Below are positions 25,263 through 37,867 of a stretch of 64,000 nucleotides of DNA, piece after piece. A program made the translations under genes and the position numbers. Origin of the DNA: Mobula hypostoma (Eukaryota); NCBI RefSeq assembly GCF_963921235.1, contig NC_086100.1, forward strand, positions 204,788,001-204,852,000, read 5' to 3'. The first letter of the stretch is position 1. Each line of letters begins with the position of its first letter. Below the pieces are notes generated by a model. It had not been told where the DNA came from and made no database searches. It saw only the letters and a list, made by a program, of their open reading frames with translations.

Positions 25263-25442
25263 AAATATTTGGACAGGCTGCAGCGTGACATTTCGGTCTC
25301 TCAGCGTTATTGCGGCAGAGCGCCACCTGTTGACAATGAGAGTCCACAAATCACGAGGGCCTGTTATTGTAGAAAATCACCGCCAAGTGGCAGTGTTGTC
25401 CACAAAAGGGAGAGGTTTACAGCGATAAGGAGGGCTGTAGGG

Positions 25443-26067
25443 CAGGGGTCCCCAACCATTTTTTGCATTGCGGACCGGTTTAATATTGACATATTCTTGC
25501 GGACCGGCCAACCGGGGGGAGGGGGTTGGGGGTAGGGTTGTCAACGGACAAGAGTAGCTGTCAAATGCGTTGTTGACCCAAAAGACTACAATGGCTATGA
25601 AGCCTTGCGCGGGCACCAGTGCGCATGCGCGTCATGACCCGCCAATTCCCGCCCCGCCCGCTCCCCTCCCCCCCACCCCGCAGCAGCAAATCCTTTTGGC
25701 GATTCTGTTCGTGCGGGTGGGTGTTAATCACTACTGAAATATAGGTGATAAATGGGTAATACACTCAATTTTGTTTCTAAAAAGGTTTATCTAACGAATT
25801 TAATATTAAACACACAACGCATATTTTCCTCGCATGAATACAGTGATAAGTCAATTATCAGGGGAGGACAAGGGAGCTTGAAGTGTTGAACGAACTTCCA
25901 GTAGAGGTGGTAGAGGCAGGTTCGATATTATCATTTAAAGAAAAATTGGATAGGTATATGGACAGGAAAGGAATGGAAGGTTATGGGCTGTGTGCAGGTC
26001 GGCGGGACTAGGTGAGAGTAGCGTTCGGCCTGGTACCGGTCCGCGGCCCGGTGGTTGGGGACCGCTG
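25443..26067. mobile_element. Composite hAT-type MITE
   Basis: TIRs CAGGGGTCCCCAACC / GGTTGGGGACCGCTG; flanking 8-mers differ (no TSD); contains a CR1 3' piece and a segment shared with the MITE at 5732. Confidence 0.75.
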
Positions 26068-29000
26068 TAACTACACCTACAATCTTTGTATCATCAGCAG
26101 ATTTGCTGATCCAATTTACCACATTATCATCCAGATCATTGATATAGATGACAAATAACAATGGACCCAGCACTGATCCCTGTGGCACACCACTAGTCAC
26201 AGGCCTCCACTCGGAGAAGCAATTCTCTACTACCACTCTTTGGCTTCTTCCATTGAGCCAATGTCTAATCCAATTTACCACCCCTCCATGTATACCCAGC
26301 GACTGAATTTTCCTAACTAACCTCCCATGTGGGACCTTGTCAAAGGCCTTACTGAAGTCCATGTAGACAATATCCACTGCCGTCCCTTCATCCACTTTCC
26401 TGGTAACCTCCTCGAAAAACTCCAACAGATTGGTCAAACATGACCTACCATGCACAAAGCCATGTTGACTCTCCCTAATAAGCCCCTGTCTATCCAAATG
26501 CTTGTAAATTCTGTCTCTTAGTACTCCCCCCAATAACTTACCTACTACTGACGTTAAATTTACTGGCCTATAATTTCCCGGATTACTTTTCATCCTTTTT
26601 TAAACAACGAAACAACATGAGCCACTCTCCAATCCTCCAGCACCTCACCTGTAGACAGCGACATTTTAAATATTTCTGCCAGGGCCCCTGCAAATTCAAC
26701 ACTAGTCTCCTTCAAGGTCCGAGGGAACACCCTGTCAGGTCCCGGGGATTTATCCACTTTAATTTTCCTCAAGACAGCAAGGACCTCCTCCTTTTCAATC
26801 TGTACAGTTTCCATGATCTCACTACTTGTTTCCCTTAATTCCATAGACTTCATGCCAGTTTCCTTAATAAATTCAGATGCAAAAAACCTATTGCTCTTAA
26901 TATACCTGTAAAAGCTCTTTGGATTATCCTTCACTTTGACTGCCAAGGCAACCTCATGTCTTCTTTTAGCCATCCTGATTTCTTTCTTAAGTATTTTCTT
27001 GCACTTCATATACTCCTCAAGCACCTTATTTACTCCCTGCTTCCTATACATGTCATACAACTCCCTCTTCTTCTTTATCAGAGTTGCAATATCCCTTGAG
27101 AACCAAGGTTACTTATTCCTATTCAATTTGCCTTTAATCCTGACAGGAGCATACAAATTCTGCACTCTCAAAATTTCCCCTTTAAAGGCTTCCCACCTAC
27201 CGATCACATCCTTGCCAGAGAACAACCTGTCCCAATCCACACTTTTTAGATCCTTTCTCATGTCTTCAAATTTGGCATTCTTGCAGTTAAGAACCTCAAC
27301 CCTAGGACCAGATCTATCCTTGCCCATGAGCAATTTGAAATTAATGCTGTTATAATCACTGGAACCAAAGTGCGCCCCTACACAGACTTCTGCCACTTGT
27401 CCTAACTCGTTTCCTAAGAGGAGATCCAATATTGCACCCCCTTTAGTTGGTCCCTCTATATATTGATTTAAAAAAACTTTCCTGAACACTTTTTACAAAC
27501 TCTAAACCATCTAGACCACTAACAGTATGGGAGACCCAATCAATATATGGAAAATTAAAATCCCCTACCACCACAACTTTATGTTTCCTGCAGTTGCCTG
27601 CTATCTCTCTGCAGATTTTCTCTTCCAATTCTCGTTGACTATTGGGTGGTCTGTAATACAATCCCACTAATGTGGCCATACCTTTCCTGTTTCTCAGCTC
27701 CACCCATAAGGACTCAGTAGACAAGCCCTCTAACCTGTCCTGCATGAGCACTGCTGTAATAATTTCCCTAACAAGCAATGCCACTCCCCCACCTTTCAGT
27801 ACTCTGCCTCGATCACATCTGAAACATCGGAACCCTGGAATATTAAGCTGCCAGTCCTGCCCCTCCTGTAGCCAAGTTTCACTAATTGCTATAACGTCAT
27901 AATTCCACGTGTCAATCCACGCCCTCAACTCATCCGCCTTCCCCGCAATACTCCTAGCATTGAAATATATACACCTCAGAAGATTTTTACCACCACTCAC
28001 AACCTTTCTATTAGTGGATTTGCTTGAACTTTTAACATCATTTATTGTCACCCCAGCCACACCGTCAGCTCTGGCACTCTGGTTCCCATTCCCCTGCAAA
28101 TCTAGTTAAAAGCCTCCCCAATAGCATTAACAAACCTCCCTGAAAGGATATTGGTCCCCCTGTAGTTCAAGTGTAACCCGTCTCTCTTGTACAGGCCACA
28201 CCTGCCCCAGAAGAGGTCCCAATTATCCTGAAATCTGAAACCCTACTCCCTACACCAGTTCTTCAGCCACTTGTTCATCCTCCAGAGCATCCTATTCCTA
28301 CCCTTACTGGCATGTAGCACAGGTAGCAATCCTGAGATTGCCACCCTCGAGGTCCTGCTTTTAAACTTCCTACCAAGCTCTCTATACTCACTCTCCAGGA
28401 CCTCCTCCTTGTTATGTCATTGGTACTGATGTGCACCACGACAGCTGGCTGATCACCCTCCCACTTCAGAATGTCATGCAATCGATGAGAGCCATCCTTG
28501 ACTCTGGCACCCGGCAGGCAACAAACCATCCTGGATTCTTTGTCACGACCACAGAACCTCCTATCTGTGCCTCTAACTATCGAGTTCCCTATCACTACCG
28601 CTCTCCTCTTTTTCCACCCTCCCTTCTGCACTGCAGAGCCAGACTCAGTGCCAGAGATCCGGCTACTGCAGCTTGTCCCAGGTAAGTCATCCCCGCGCAA
28701 CAGTATCCAATGCGGTATACTTGTTGTTGAGGGGAATTGGCACAGGGGAACCCTGCTCTGCCTGCCCTTTCCTCTTCCCTCGCCTGACAGTGACCCAATT
28801 TCCTGTTTTCTGCTCCTTCGGCGCAACTACCTCCCTGTAGCTACTATCTATAATCTCCTCATTCTCCCGAATGATCCGCAGGTCATCCAGCTCCTGCTCC
28901 AGTTCCCTGATGCGGTTTGTTAGGAGCTGCAGCTGGATGCACTTCTTGCAGGTGTCGTTGTCAGGGACACCGGAGGGCTGCCTGAACATAGAACATAGAA

Positions 29001-30537
29001 TAGTACAGCACAGTACAGGCCCTTCGGCCTACAATGTTGTGCCGACCCTCAAACCCTACCTCTCATATAAGCCCCCACTTTAGATTCCTCCATATACCTG
29101 TCCAGTAGTCTCTTAAACTTCACTAGTGTATCTGCCTCCACAACTGACTCAGGCAGTGCTTTCCACGCACCAACCACTCTCTGAGTAAAAAACCTTCCTC
29201 TAATATCCCCCTTGAACTTCCCACCCCTTACCTTAAAGCCATGTCCTCTTGTATTCAGCAGTGGTCCCTGGGGAAGAGGAGCTGGCTATCCACTCTACCG
29301 ATTCCTCTTACTATCTTGTACACCTCTATCATGTCTCCTCTCATCCTCCTTCTCTCCAAAGAGTAAAGCCCGAGCTCCCTTAATCTCTGATCATAATGCA
29401 TACTTTCTAAACCAGGCAGCATCCTGGTAAATCTCCTCTGTACCCTTTCCAACGCTTCCACATTCTTCCTATAGTGAGGTGACCAGAACTGGACACAATA
29501 CTCAAGTGTGGCCTAACCAGAGTTTTATAGCGCTGCATCATTACATCGCGACTCTTAAACTCTATCCCTCGACTTATGAAAGCTAACACCCCATAAACTT
29601 TCTTAACTACCCTATCCACCTGTGAGGCAACTTTCAGGGATCTGTGGACATGTACCCCAAGATCCCTCTGCTCCTCCACACTACCAAGTATCCTACAATT
29701 TACTTTGTACTCTGCCTTGGAGTTTGTCCTTCCAAAGTGTACCACCTCACACTTCTCCGGGTTGAACTCCATCTGCCACTTCTCAGCCCACTTCTGCATC
29801 CTATCAATGTCTCTCTACAATCTTTGACAATCCTCTACACTATCTACAACACCACCAACCTTTGTGTCGTCTGCAAACTTGTCAACCCACCCTTCTACCC
29901 CCACACCCAGGTCGTTAATAAAAATCACGAAATTTAGAGGTCCCAGAATAGATCCTTGTGGGATACCACTAGTCACAATCCTCCAATATGAATGTACTCC
30001 CTCCACCACCACCCTCTGCCTTCTGCAGGCAAGCCAATTCTGAATCCACCTGGCCAAACTTCCCTGGTTCCCATGCCTTCTAACTTTCTGAATAATTTTC
30101 TGACTTCCCACATCCTGCAAGAGGAGCATTCCAACATCCTGCTTGGCATTCTCTCTACGCTAGACAATCTGAATAAAAAACTTACCAGAACCTACCCTGG
30201 CCTCTGCCTGTTCTCGCCGAAGCCTGTTGAGCCAAAGCCGTCCCACTCTGATTCAGTCCTCTCCGACGATGGCCGCTACAACGATGGCCGCTGTCTCTGG
30301 TGGTCTGCTTTTTAAACCTTGGCGCGCTACGTCACGCGCCTGCGCAGTGCAGACCCTTCTCTCCGAGCAGTGTTTAAGAAAAAAAACCGACTTTTTCTCC
30401 CTGAATTCTTCCACTCCCTTCTTCAGCTGCTTGCTTCGACTGAAACAAGAACCGTTGAAATTTTCTCTTTTTAAACCTTGGCGTGCTACGTCACGCGCCT
30501 GCGCAGTGCAGACCCTTCTCCCCGAGCAGCGTTTAAG
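26068..30537 (-). mobile_element. CR1 (family C): 5'UTR with monomers, ORF1, EN, RT; 3' end lost at the MITE
   Basis: ORF1 pieces (CSSCRMWEV, CKKCIQLQLL, IGNSIVRG), EN ORF 27443..28099, RT ORF 25931..26593. Confidence 0.9.
28986..30099 (-). mobile_element. 5'-truncated CR1 (family A) inserted in family C ORF1
   Basis: ACATAGA tail at 28986; FADD; short TSD CTGA (28982-28985, 30100-30103). Confidence 0.88.
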
Positions 30538-33487
30538 AGTGACCTTAAATTCTTTTAGAGAGAGAGCAAACCTTTGCATGAACTCTTTTCTCTTTTTGGC
30601 AAGAGTTATCTCTATGCAGGTCGCTACTCCAACGAAGACTCAATAAGGTCGATCCTTTGTTAAACTGCCAAACGATGCCGACTCCTCTCGGTCCTTCGGT
30701 CCTGTACTACGATAAATTCTTCACTCTACCTTCCACTGTTGGAATTGAGTAAATCAGCACATCTAGCCACAAATTACCCGTCCAATAATATTGTATCTTA
30801 CAATGGAACGCAATACTCCGTTTTAAAAATGAAACTGCGTCACAGAAAACAAACACGCACCAACAGAAACGGAGACACAGCACGTTCTACCTGGACATGT
30901 ACAAACTGAAAACCTACTGCGTCACCTGGGTAGACCCTTATATAGTCATGGTACACATGTCATCACGTGACCTCACATCGGCGGGAAAATCACATCAGGT
31001 GACCTCCAAAAGACCATTACATCATTCTCACAAAAAACAGATCTCCTTGAGCATGTAATAGCTCCCTCCAAAAAAAATGGTCTCTTAACAAAATTTTAAC
31101 AATTTGTACAAATAAGAATACAAAGGTATAAAATCTACAAAATACACAATATATACAATCTTATTTTTCAGCTCTTTACAAACTAATGTACAGTAGGAGT
31201 GTTAAAAATTTTAAAATATCACTCCAAAAAAAAACTTTCATTGTACATTTAACATCTAGACAGACAATCAGCGATCACATTTTCTTTACCCTTAATATAA
31301 GTGATCAAAATATTGTACTCCTGTAACATTAAACTCCAATTTAATAATCTTCTATTTTGCTTTTTCATCTTACTCAAAAACACAAATGGATTGTGATCGG
31401 TATAAACTGTGAGTGGTTTGAGTAGTACCAACATACACTTCAAAATGTTGCAAAGCCAAAACAAGAGATAACAATTCTTTTTTCATTGTTGAGTAATTTC
31501 TTTGATGGGCATCAAATTTCTTTAAAAAAATAAGCTACCAGACGATCAACTTCATCACCATCATCTTTTTGAAGTAACACTGCTCCTGCAGCGTCATCAC
31601 TAGCATCTACAGCTAACAAAAATGGTTTTTCAAAGTCAGGAGATTTAAGTACAGGTTGATTACATATTATAGCTTTCAATTTATCAAATGCCTCCTGATA
31701 AGACTCTGTCCAAACAAACTTCTCATTCTTCAAGGGATTAGTTAATTGAAGAGCAATGTTTGCAAAATCCTTACAAAATTTTCCGTAATATCGTACCATG
31801 CCCAAGAATCTTCTGAGAGTTTTTCTACCAGTTGGAGTGGACACTTCTAAAATTGCCTGAACTTTTGCTTGAACAGGTGCTAATTTTTCCTGAATATCAA
31901 CATAACCAAGATAAGTCACTGTGGCATGACCAAATTCACTTTTAGCTAAGTTAATAGTAAAGTTAGCTTTTGAAACTCTCTCAAATAGTTTCTCCACCGC
32001 AGTAATATGTGCTTTCCATGTATTGTTTCCTGTAACTAAATCATCAGTATAGGCATCTGTATCTCTTAATCCCTGAATCACACTATTAATCATCCTCTGA
32101 AAAGTACCTGGTGCATTCTTCATCCAAAATGGAAGAACATTATATTCATAAAACCCAGATGGGGTTACAAATACTGAAATCTCTCTACCTCTATCTGCCA
32201 ATGGAACACACCAATAACCTTTTAACATATCAATCTTTGTAAGGAATTTGGCTTATCCAACTTTATCCACACAATCATTTACCCTAGGGATTGGATATGC
32301 ATTAGTTTTTGTCACAGAATTCACTTTCCTGTAATCTGTATAAAACCTAATACTATTGTCTGGCTTAGGCACCATAACATCCGGTGAACTCCAATTCGAT
32401 TTAGAATGTCGAATGATATCATTCTCTAACATATACTTAATTTCATGTTCAGCAACTTCACATTTTTCCCTGTTCATGCGATACAGATGGTTTTTTTTAT
32501 GGGTTTTGCATCTCCAACATCTACATCATGTGTAGCTTCGGTGGTTCTTCTAGGAACCTCTGGATATATATCTCTATATTTAAAAATTAACTGTTTCATC
32601 TGCTATCTCTGCTCTGGCTGTAAATGAGCTAATTTTTCATCAATATTTTCTAGAATTTTTGAATTTGGTAACCTGGCTGAAATAATGGTGGGTTTAAAAT
32701 GACGTTCAGATGAATCATTCATTGTTTTTATCAAGATCTACTCCTTATTGATCACAACAGTCATACCAGCAGTCTCTCTCTCAAAATATGGTTTTATCAT
32801 ATTTATATGACACAACTGTGTTGTCTTTCTCTGATCTGGGATTTTCATCACGTAATCTACATCATTTACCTTAGATCTACTCTCATAAGGACCATGAAAT
32901 TTAGCTTGTAATGGGTTTGTTTGCACTTGGAAAAGAACCAACACCTTATCTCCAGGCTTAAACGACCTCATCCTAGCTTCCTTATCATATCAAGTCTTCA
33001 TCTTCTCTTGAGATAATTTTAAATTTTCCTTTGCCAAACTACAAGTTTTATACAATCTTTCTTTAAATTTTAAAACATAATCTAGCAAATTAGTGTGTAA
33101 CTCTTTATTAATCCACTGTTCTTTCAACAAGGCCCAAGGTCCTCAAACTCTATGCCCAAACAGAAGTTCAAAAGGACTAAAACCTAATGATTCCTGTACT
33201 GCCTCTCGTACTGCAAAAAGTAGTAAATGTATACCTTCTTCCCAGTCCTTTCAATTTTCCACACAATATGTCCTAATCATAGTTACTAACGTAGAATGAA
33301 ATCTCTCCAAAGGCTCCTTGTGATTCTGGATGATAGGCTGATGAAATAATCTGTTTTTCTCCCAGTTTATAAACTATCTGCTGAAACAATCCAGACATCA
33401 AATTACTACCCTTGATCTGATTGTATTTCCTTAGGCAACCCAAAATAAGTAAAGAATTTTATAAGAGCCTTTGTCACGGTTTTGGCT
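30538..33487 (-). mobile_element. Gmr1-like Gypsy fragment B (integrase C-half, RT, RNase H, 3' LTR about 30538-31060)
   Basis: IQSDQG, GPY, WSSP..VPKPD, AYTDD, VDASD, TDHNP, ADCLSR; purine tract GGAGGGAG before the LTR. Confidence 0.9.
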
Positions 33488-35590
33488 GCTGGTTTCAGTC
33501 GAAGCAAGCAGCTGAGAATAAGGGAGTGAAGAAATCGGGAAGAAAAGGTCTTTTTTTTGAACACCGCTCGGGGAGAAGGTTCTGCACTGCGCAGGCGCAT
33601 GACGTAGCGCGCCAGGGTTTAAAAGGAGGAATTTTCAACTGCTCTTGGTTGAGTCGAAGCAAGCAGCTGAAAAGAAGAGAGTGAAGAAATCGGATAGAAA
33701 AAGTCTTTTTTTTTAAACACTGCTCGGGGCACGGCACAGGCGCATGACGTAGCGTGCCAAGGTTTAAAAACAGACCACCATATATAGCGGGCAGCGGAGT
33801 GAGAGGGAGCAGAGTGGGACGGTTTAGGCTCAACAGGCTTCGGCGAGAACAGGTAGAGGCCAGGGTCGGTTCCAGTAAGTTTTTTTTGTCCAGTTTGCTT
33901 AGAGTAGACAACGACACCTGCAAGAAGTGCATCCAGCTGCAGCTCCTAATAAACCGCGTTAGGGAACTGGGGCAGCAGCTGGGTGACCTCTGGATCACTC
34001 GGGAGAATGAGGAGATTATAGATAGTAGCTACAGGGAGGTAGTTACACCAAAGGAGTAGTGCACAGGAAATTGGGTCACTTTCAGGCGAGGGAAGAGGAA
34101 AATGCAGGCAGAGCAAGGTTCCCCTGTGGCCACTCCCCTCAACAACAAGTATACCGCATTGGATACTGTCGAGGGGGGGGGGGAATGACTTACCTGGGAC
34201 AAGCTGCAGCAGCCAGATCTCTGGCACTGAGTCTCGTTCTGCAGTGCAGAAGGGAGGGTAGAAAAAGAGGAGAGCGGTGGTGATAGGGGACTCAATAGTT
34301 AGAGGCACAAATAGGAGGTTCTGTGGTCGTGACCGAGAATCCAGGATGGTTTTTTGCCTCCAGGGTGCCAGGGTCAAGGATTTCTCTGATCGCTTGCATG
34401 CTATTCCGAAGTGGGAGGGTGATCAGCCAGATGTCGTGGTGCACATCGGTACCAATGACATAGCGAGGAAGAGTGAGGAGGTCCTGGAGAGTGAGTATAG
34501 AGAGCTTGATAGGAAGTTGAAAAGCAGGACCTCGAGGGTGGTCATCTCAGGATTGCTACCTGTGCTACGTGCCAGTGAGGGTAAGAATAGGATGCTCTGG
34601 AGGATGAACAAATGGCCGAGGAACTGGTGTAGGAGCAGGGTTTCAGATTTCCAGATCATTGGGACCTCTTCTGGGGCAGGTGGGACCTGTACAAGAGAGA
34701 CGGGTTACACTTGAACTACAAGGGGACCAATGTCCTTGCAGGGAGGTTTGTTAGTGCTGTTGGGGAGTCTTTAAACTAGATTTGTAGGGGGATGGGAACC
34801 AGAGTGCCAGAGCTGACAGTGAGCTTGGGGTGAAAATAAATGATATTAAAATTTCAAGCAAAGCTGCTAATAGAAAGGTTGTGAGTGGTGGTAAAAATTT
34901 TCTGAGGTGTATATAATTCAAAGCTAGGAGCATTGCGGGGAAGGCGGACGAGTTGAGGGCGTGGATTGACACATGGAATTATAACGTTACAGCAATTAGA
35001 GAAACTTGACTACAGGAGGGGCAGGACTGGCAGCTTAATATTCCAGGGTTCCGATGTTTCAGATATGATAGAGGCAGAGAAATGAAAGGTTGGGGGGTGG
35101 GTGGGTAGCATTGCTTGTCAGGGAAAATGTTGCAGCAGTGCTCAGGCAGGACAGATTCGAGGGCTTGTCTACTGAGTCCTTACGGGTGGAGCTGAGAAAC
35201 AGGAAAGTTATGGCCACATTAGTGGGGTTGTATGATACACCGCCCAATAGTCAGCGAGAATTGGAGGAGCAAATCTGCAGTGAGATAGCAAGCAACTACA
35301 GGAAACATAAATTTGTGGTGGAAGTGGATTTTAATTTTCCACATAATGATTGTGACTCCAATACTGTTAGGGGTCTAGTGGGTTAGAGTTTGTAAAATGT
35401 GTTCAGGAAAGTCTTCTAAATCAATACATAGAGTTACCAACTAGAGGGGATGCGATATTAGATCTGCTATTAGGAAACGAGTTAGGATAAGTGACGGAAG
35501 TGTGTGGAGGGGAGCACTTTGGTTCCAGTGATCACAACACCATTAGTTTCAACTTGATCATGGATAAAGATATATCTGATCCTAGGGATT
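33488..35590 (+). mobile_element. CR1 (family C), 5' half: monomer 5'UTR, ORF1 (start deleted), EN
   Basis: IGDSIVRG, VHIGTND, SDHNT motifs; colinear with the reverse complement of 27300-30537. Confidence 0.88.
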
Positions 35591-35769
35591 GAGTTTAACA
35601 GCCGAGAGGTATTATTGCAGCTATATAGGACCCTGGTCAGACCCCACTTGGAGTACTTTGCTAAATTCTGGTCGCCTCACTGCAGGAAGGATGTGGAAAT
35701 GATAGGAAGGGTGCAGATATTTACCTAGCACTGGTAATGACCTGTCAAGAATCACTTTCTTTTCCGGTA

Positions 35770-37730
35770 CTAGGAGACGAATGATAAAATAAGGAGTCAA
35801 AGTCAGCATAGCTTCTGTACAGAGAAATCTTGCCTGACTGATCTGTTACAGTTCTTCGAGGAAGTAGAGGCAATGGGAGGAGAAGATGGCGGCGCGACGC
35901 AGCGCGCGCGGCCATACCGAATTGATATCGCATCTGTGAAGTAGGATGCCGTGCACAATCCTGATTTGATAGAGACAGATGTGAAGAAGCACGGAGGAAC
36001 ATCTGGAGTGACTTCTGAAATGCCTGCTTCGCTGCCGCTGCGACTGCGCGATCGAGAATCTCCGGAGGGAAGGCCCCAAATCCTCGGCCTTGCCTATTGC
36101 CTGTTGCCGGGGTCGGAGTCGAAACTCTTGGCAGAGATGGTGCTCGGTGCATCGGTGCCGGGGAGCTGGCTGGAGGCTCGGAGTTTTTGGATGGATTCGG
36201 AGTCAGACTGTGGGCGGATGCTTCCGGGATGCTGCATTGGCAAGTTTGCGGCGCTGGAGGTTCACTGTCTGCGTGAGATGATGGGACTTTCGAGAGACTC
36301 TGTGACTTTACCGTGCCCATGGTCTGTTCTTATCAAATTACGGTATTGCTTTGCACTGTTGTAACTACATGTTATAATTATGTGTTTCTTGTCAGTTTTT
36401 CAGTCTTGGTTTGTCATGTGTTTCTGTGATATCATTCTGGAAAAACATTGTATCATTTCTTAATGCATGCATTACTAAATGACATTAAAAGAGGACTGCG
36501 TGCCCTCTAATCGAAAAAAAGTCATACACAGGATGGACAAACGAAAGGTAGTGGCTATCATTTACTTGGTTTTTCAGAAGGCATCTGATGAGATGTCACA
36601 CATGAGACTGCTTAGCAAGATAAAAGTCAGAAGAAATACTGGCATGGATGGAGGAATGGCTGACAGCCAAGAGGCAGAGAGTGGGAATAAGTGGAGCATT
36701 TTCTAGTTGGTTAGCAGTGACTAATAGTCTTCATAGTCAGTGTTCGGTCCGCTGCTTTTCACATTGTTTGTTAATGATTTGGGTAATGGAATTGATGGCT
36801 TTGTGGTAAGGTTTGCGGATGATACTTAGATAGCTGGAGGCGTTGGTAGTGCTGGGGAAGCAATGTGATTGCAGCAGGACACAGACAAATTTGAAGAATG
36901 GGCAAAAAAGTGGCAGATGGAATACAATATTGGGAAATGAACGATAATGCATTTTGGCAAAAGGAACAATAGTGAACTATTATGTGATTGGGGAGAAGAT
37001 TCAAACAATAGAAGCGCAGAAGGAAATATGAGTCCTCGGGCAAGACTCTCAGCAGGTTAAGTTATAGGGTAAGCCTGTGGTAAAGAAGGCAAATGCAATG
37101 CTGGCATTTATTTCAAGTGAAGTAGAATGTATAAGCAAGGAGAAAATGCTGGCTCTTTATAAGGCATCACTTAGACCTTAGTTAGAGTATTTGGCACCCT
37201 TACCCCATAAAATATGCGTTGTCATTGGAGAGAGTCCACAGGATGTTCCAGAGGATGATTCCGGGAATGAAGGGGTTAAGGTATGAGGATCGTTTGCCAG
37301 CCTTGGGCCTGTTCTCCTGCACTGACCTATGTTTAATAAATGCGGTTGTTGGGGTGTTAAATCTCACTGAAAACCACCGAATGTGGAAAGGTTGAGGAGG
37401 AGAGGACTTTTCGCATGGTGGGGGTAGCCATAACAGAGGGCACAGCTTCAAAACTGAGGAGCGACGATTTCGAGTAGTTACGGAGGTTTTTATTTAGTCA
37501 GAGAGCAGTGAATCTGTGGAATTGTCTGACACAGACGGCTGTGGGGGCCAGGTCTGTGGGTACATTTAAGTCAGAAGTTAATAATTTGCTGATCAGTCAG
37601 GGCATTACAAGATATGCCGAGGAGGTAGGTGCATGGGGTTGACTGAGAACTGGGATCAGACATGATAGGACAGCGGAGCAGACTCGATGAGCTGAATGGC
37701 CTAATTCTGCTCCTATGTCTTATGGTCTTA
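35770..37730 (+). mobile_element. Old degenerate CR1 RT to 3' end
   Basis: FQKASD, FADD-like motifs, TCTTATGG tail near 37720. Confidence 0.7.
35875..36512 (+). mobile_element. ~630-bp non-coding SINE-like retroelement
   Basis: Second copy at 59346-59969 (-) with the same ends; 5' AAGATGGCGGC; 3' GACA(A/T)TAAAAGAGGACTGCGTG tail; interrupts a CR1. Confidence 0.7.
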
Positions 37731-37867
37731 TACTGCTAGTGTCTTACACAGTGAAGATTAACACAAAATACTTATTACATTCGGCCGCTATTTCTTTGTT
37801 CTATTACTAACTCGCCAGCACCATCTTCCAGTGAGACAATATCAATTCTTTCCTCTATTTTACTCTT

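Noticed and set aside
25318..25334. CTCF-like motif GAGCGCCACCTGTTGAC
   Set aside because: Single imperfect motif that cannot be supported without scoring or ChIP data
25931..26067. Novel C-terminus on a CR1 RT ORF (also 44438-44479)
   Set aside because: Read-through into an adjacent MITE or LTR
35745..36364. ORFs of 137-191 aa over the SINE-like element (also 59434-60101)
   Set aside because: Frames are not conserved between the two copies; GC-rich artefact
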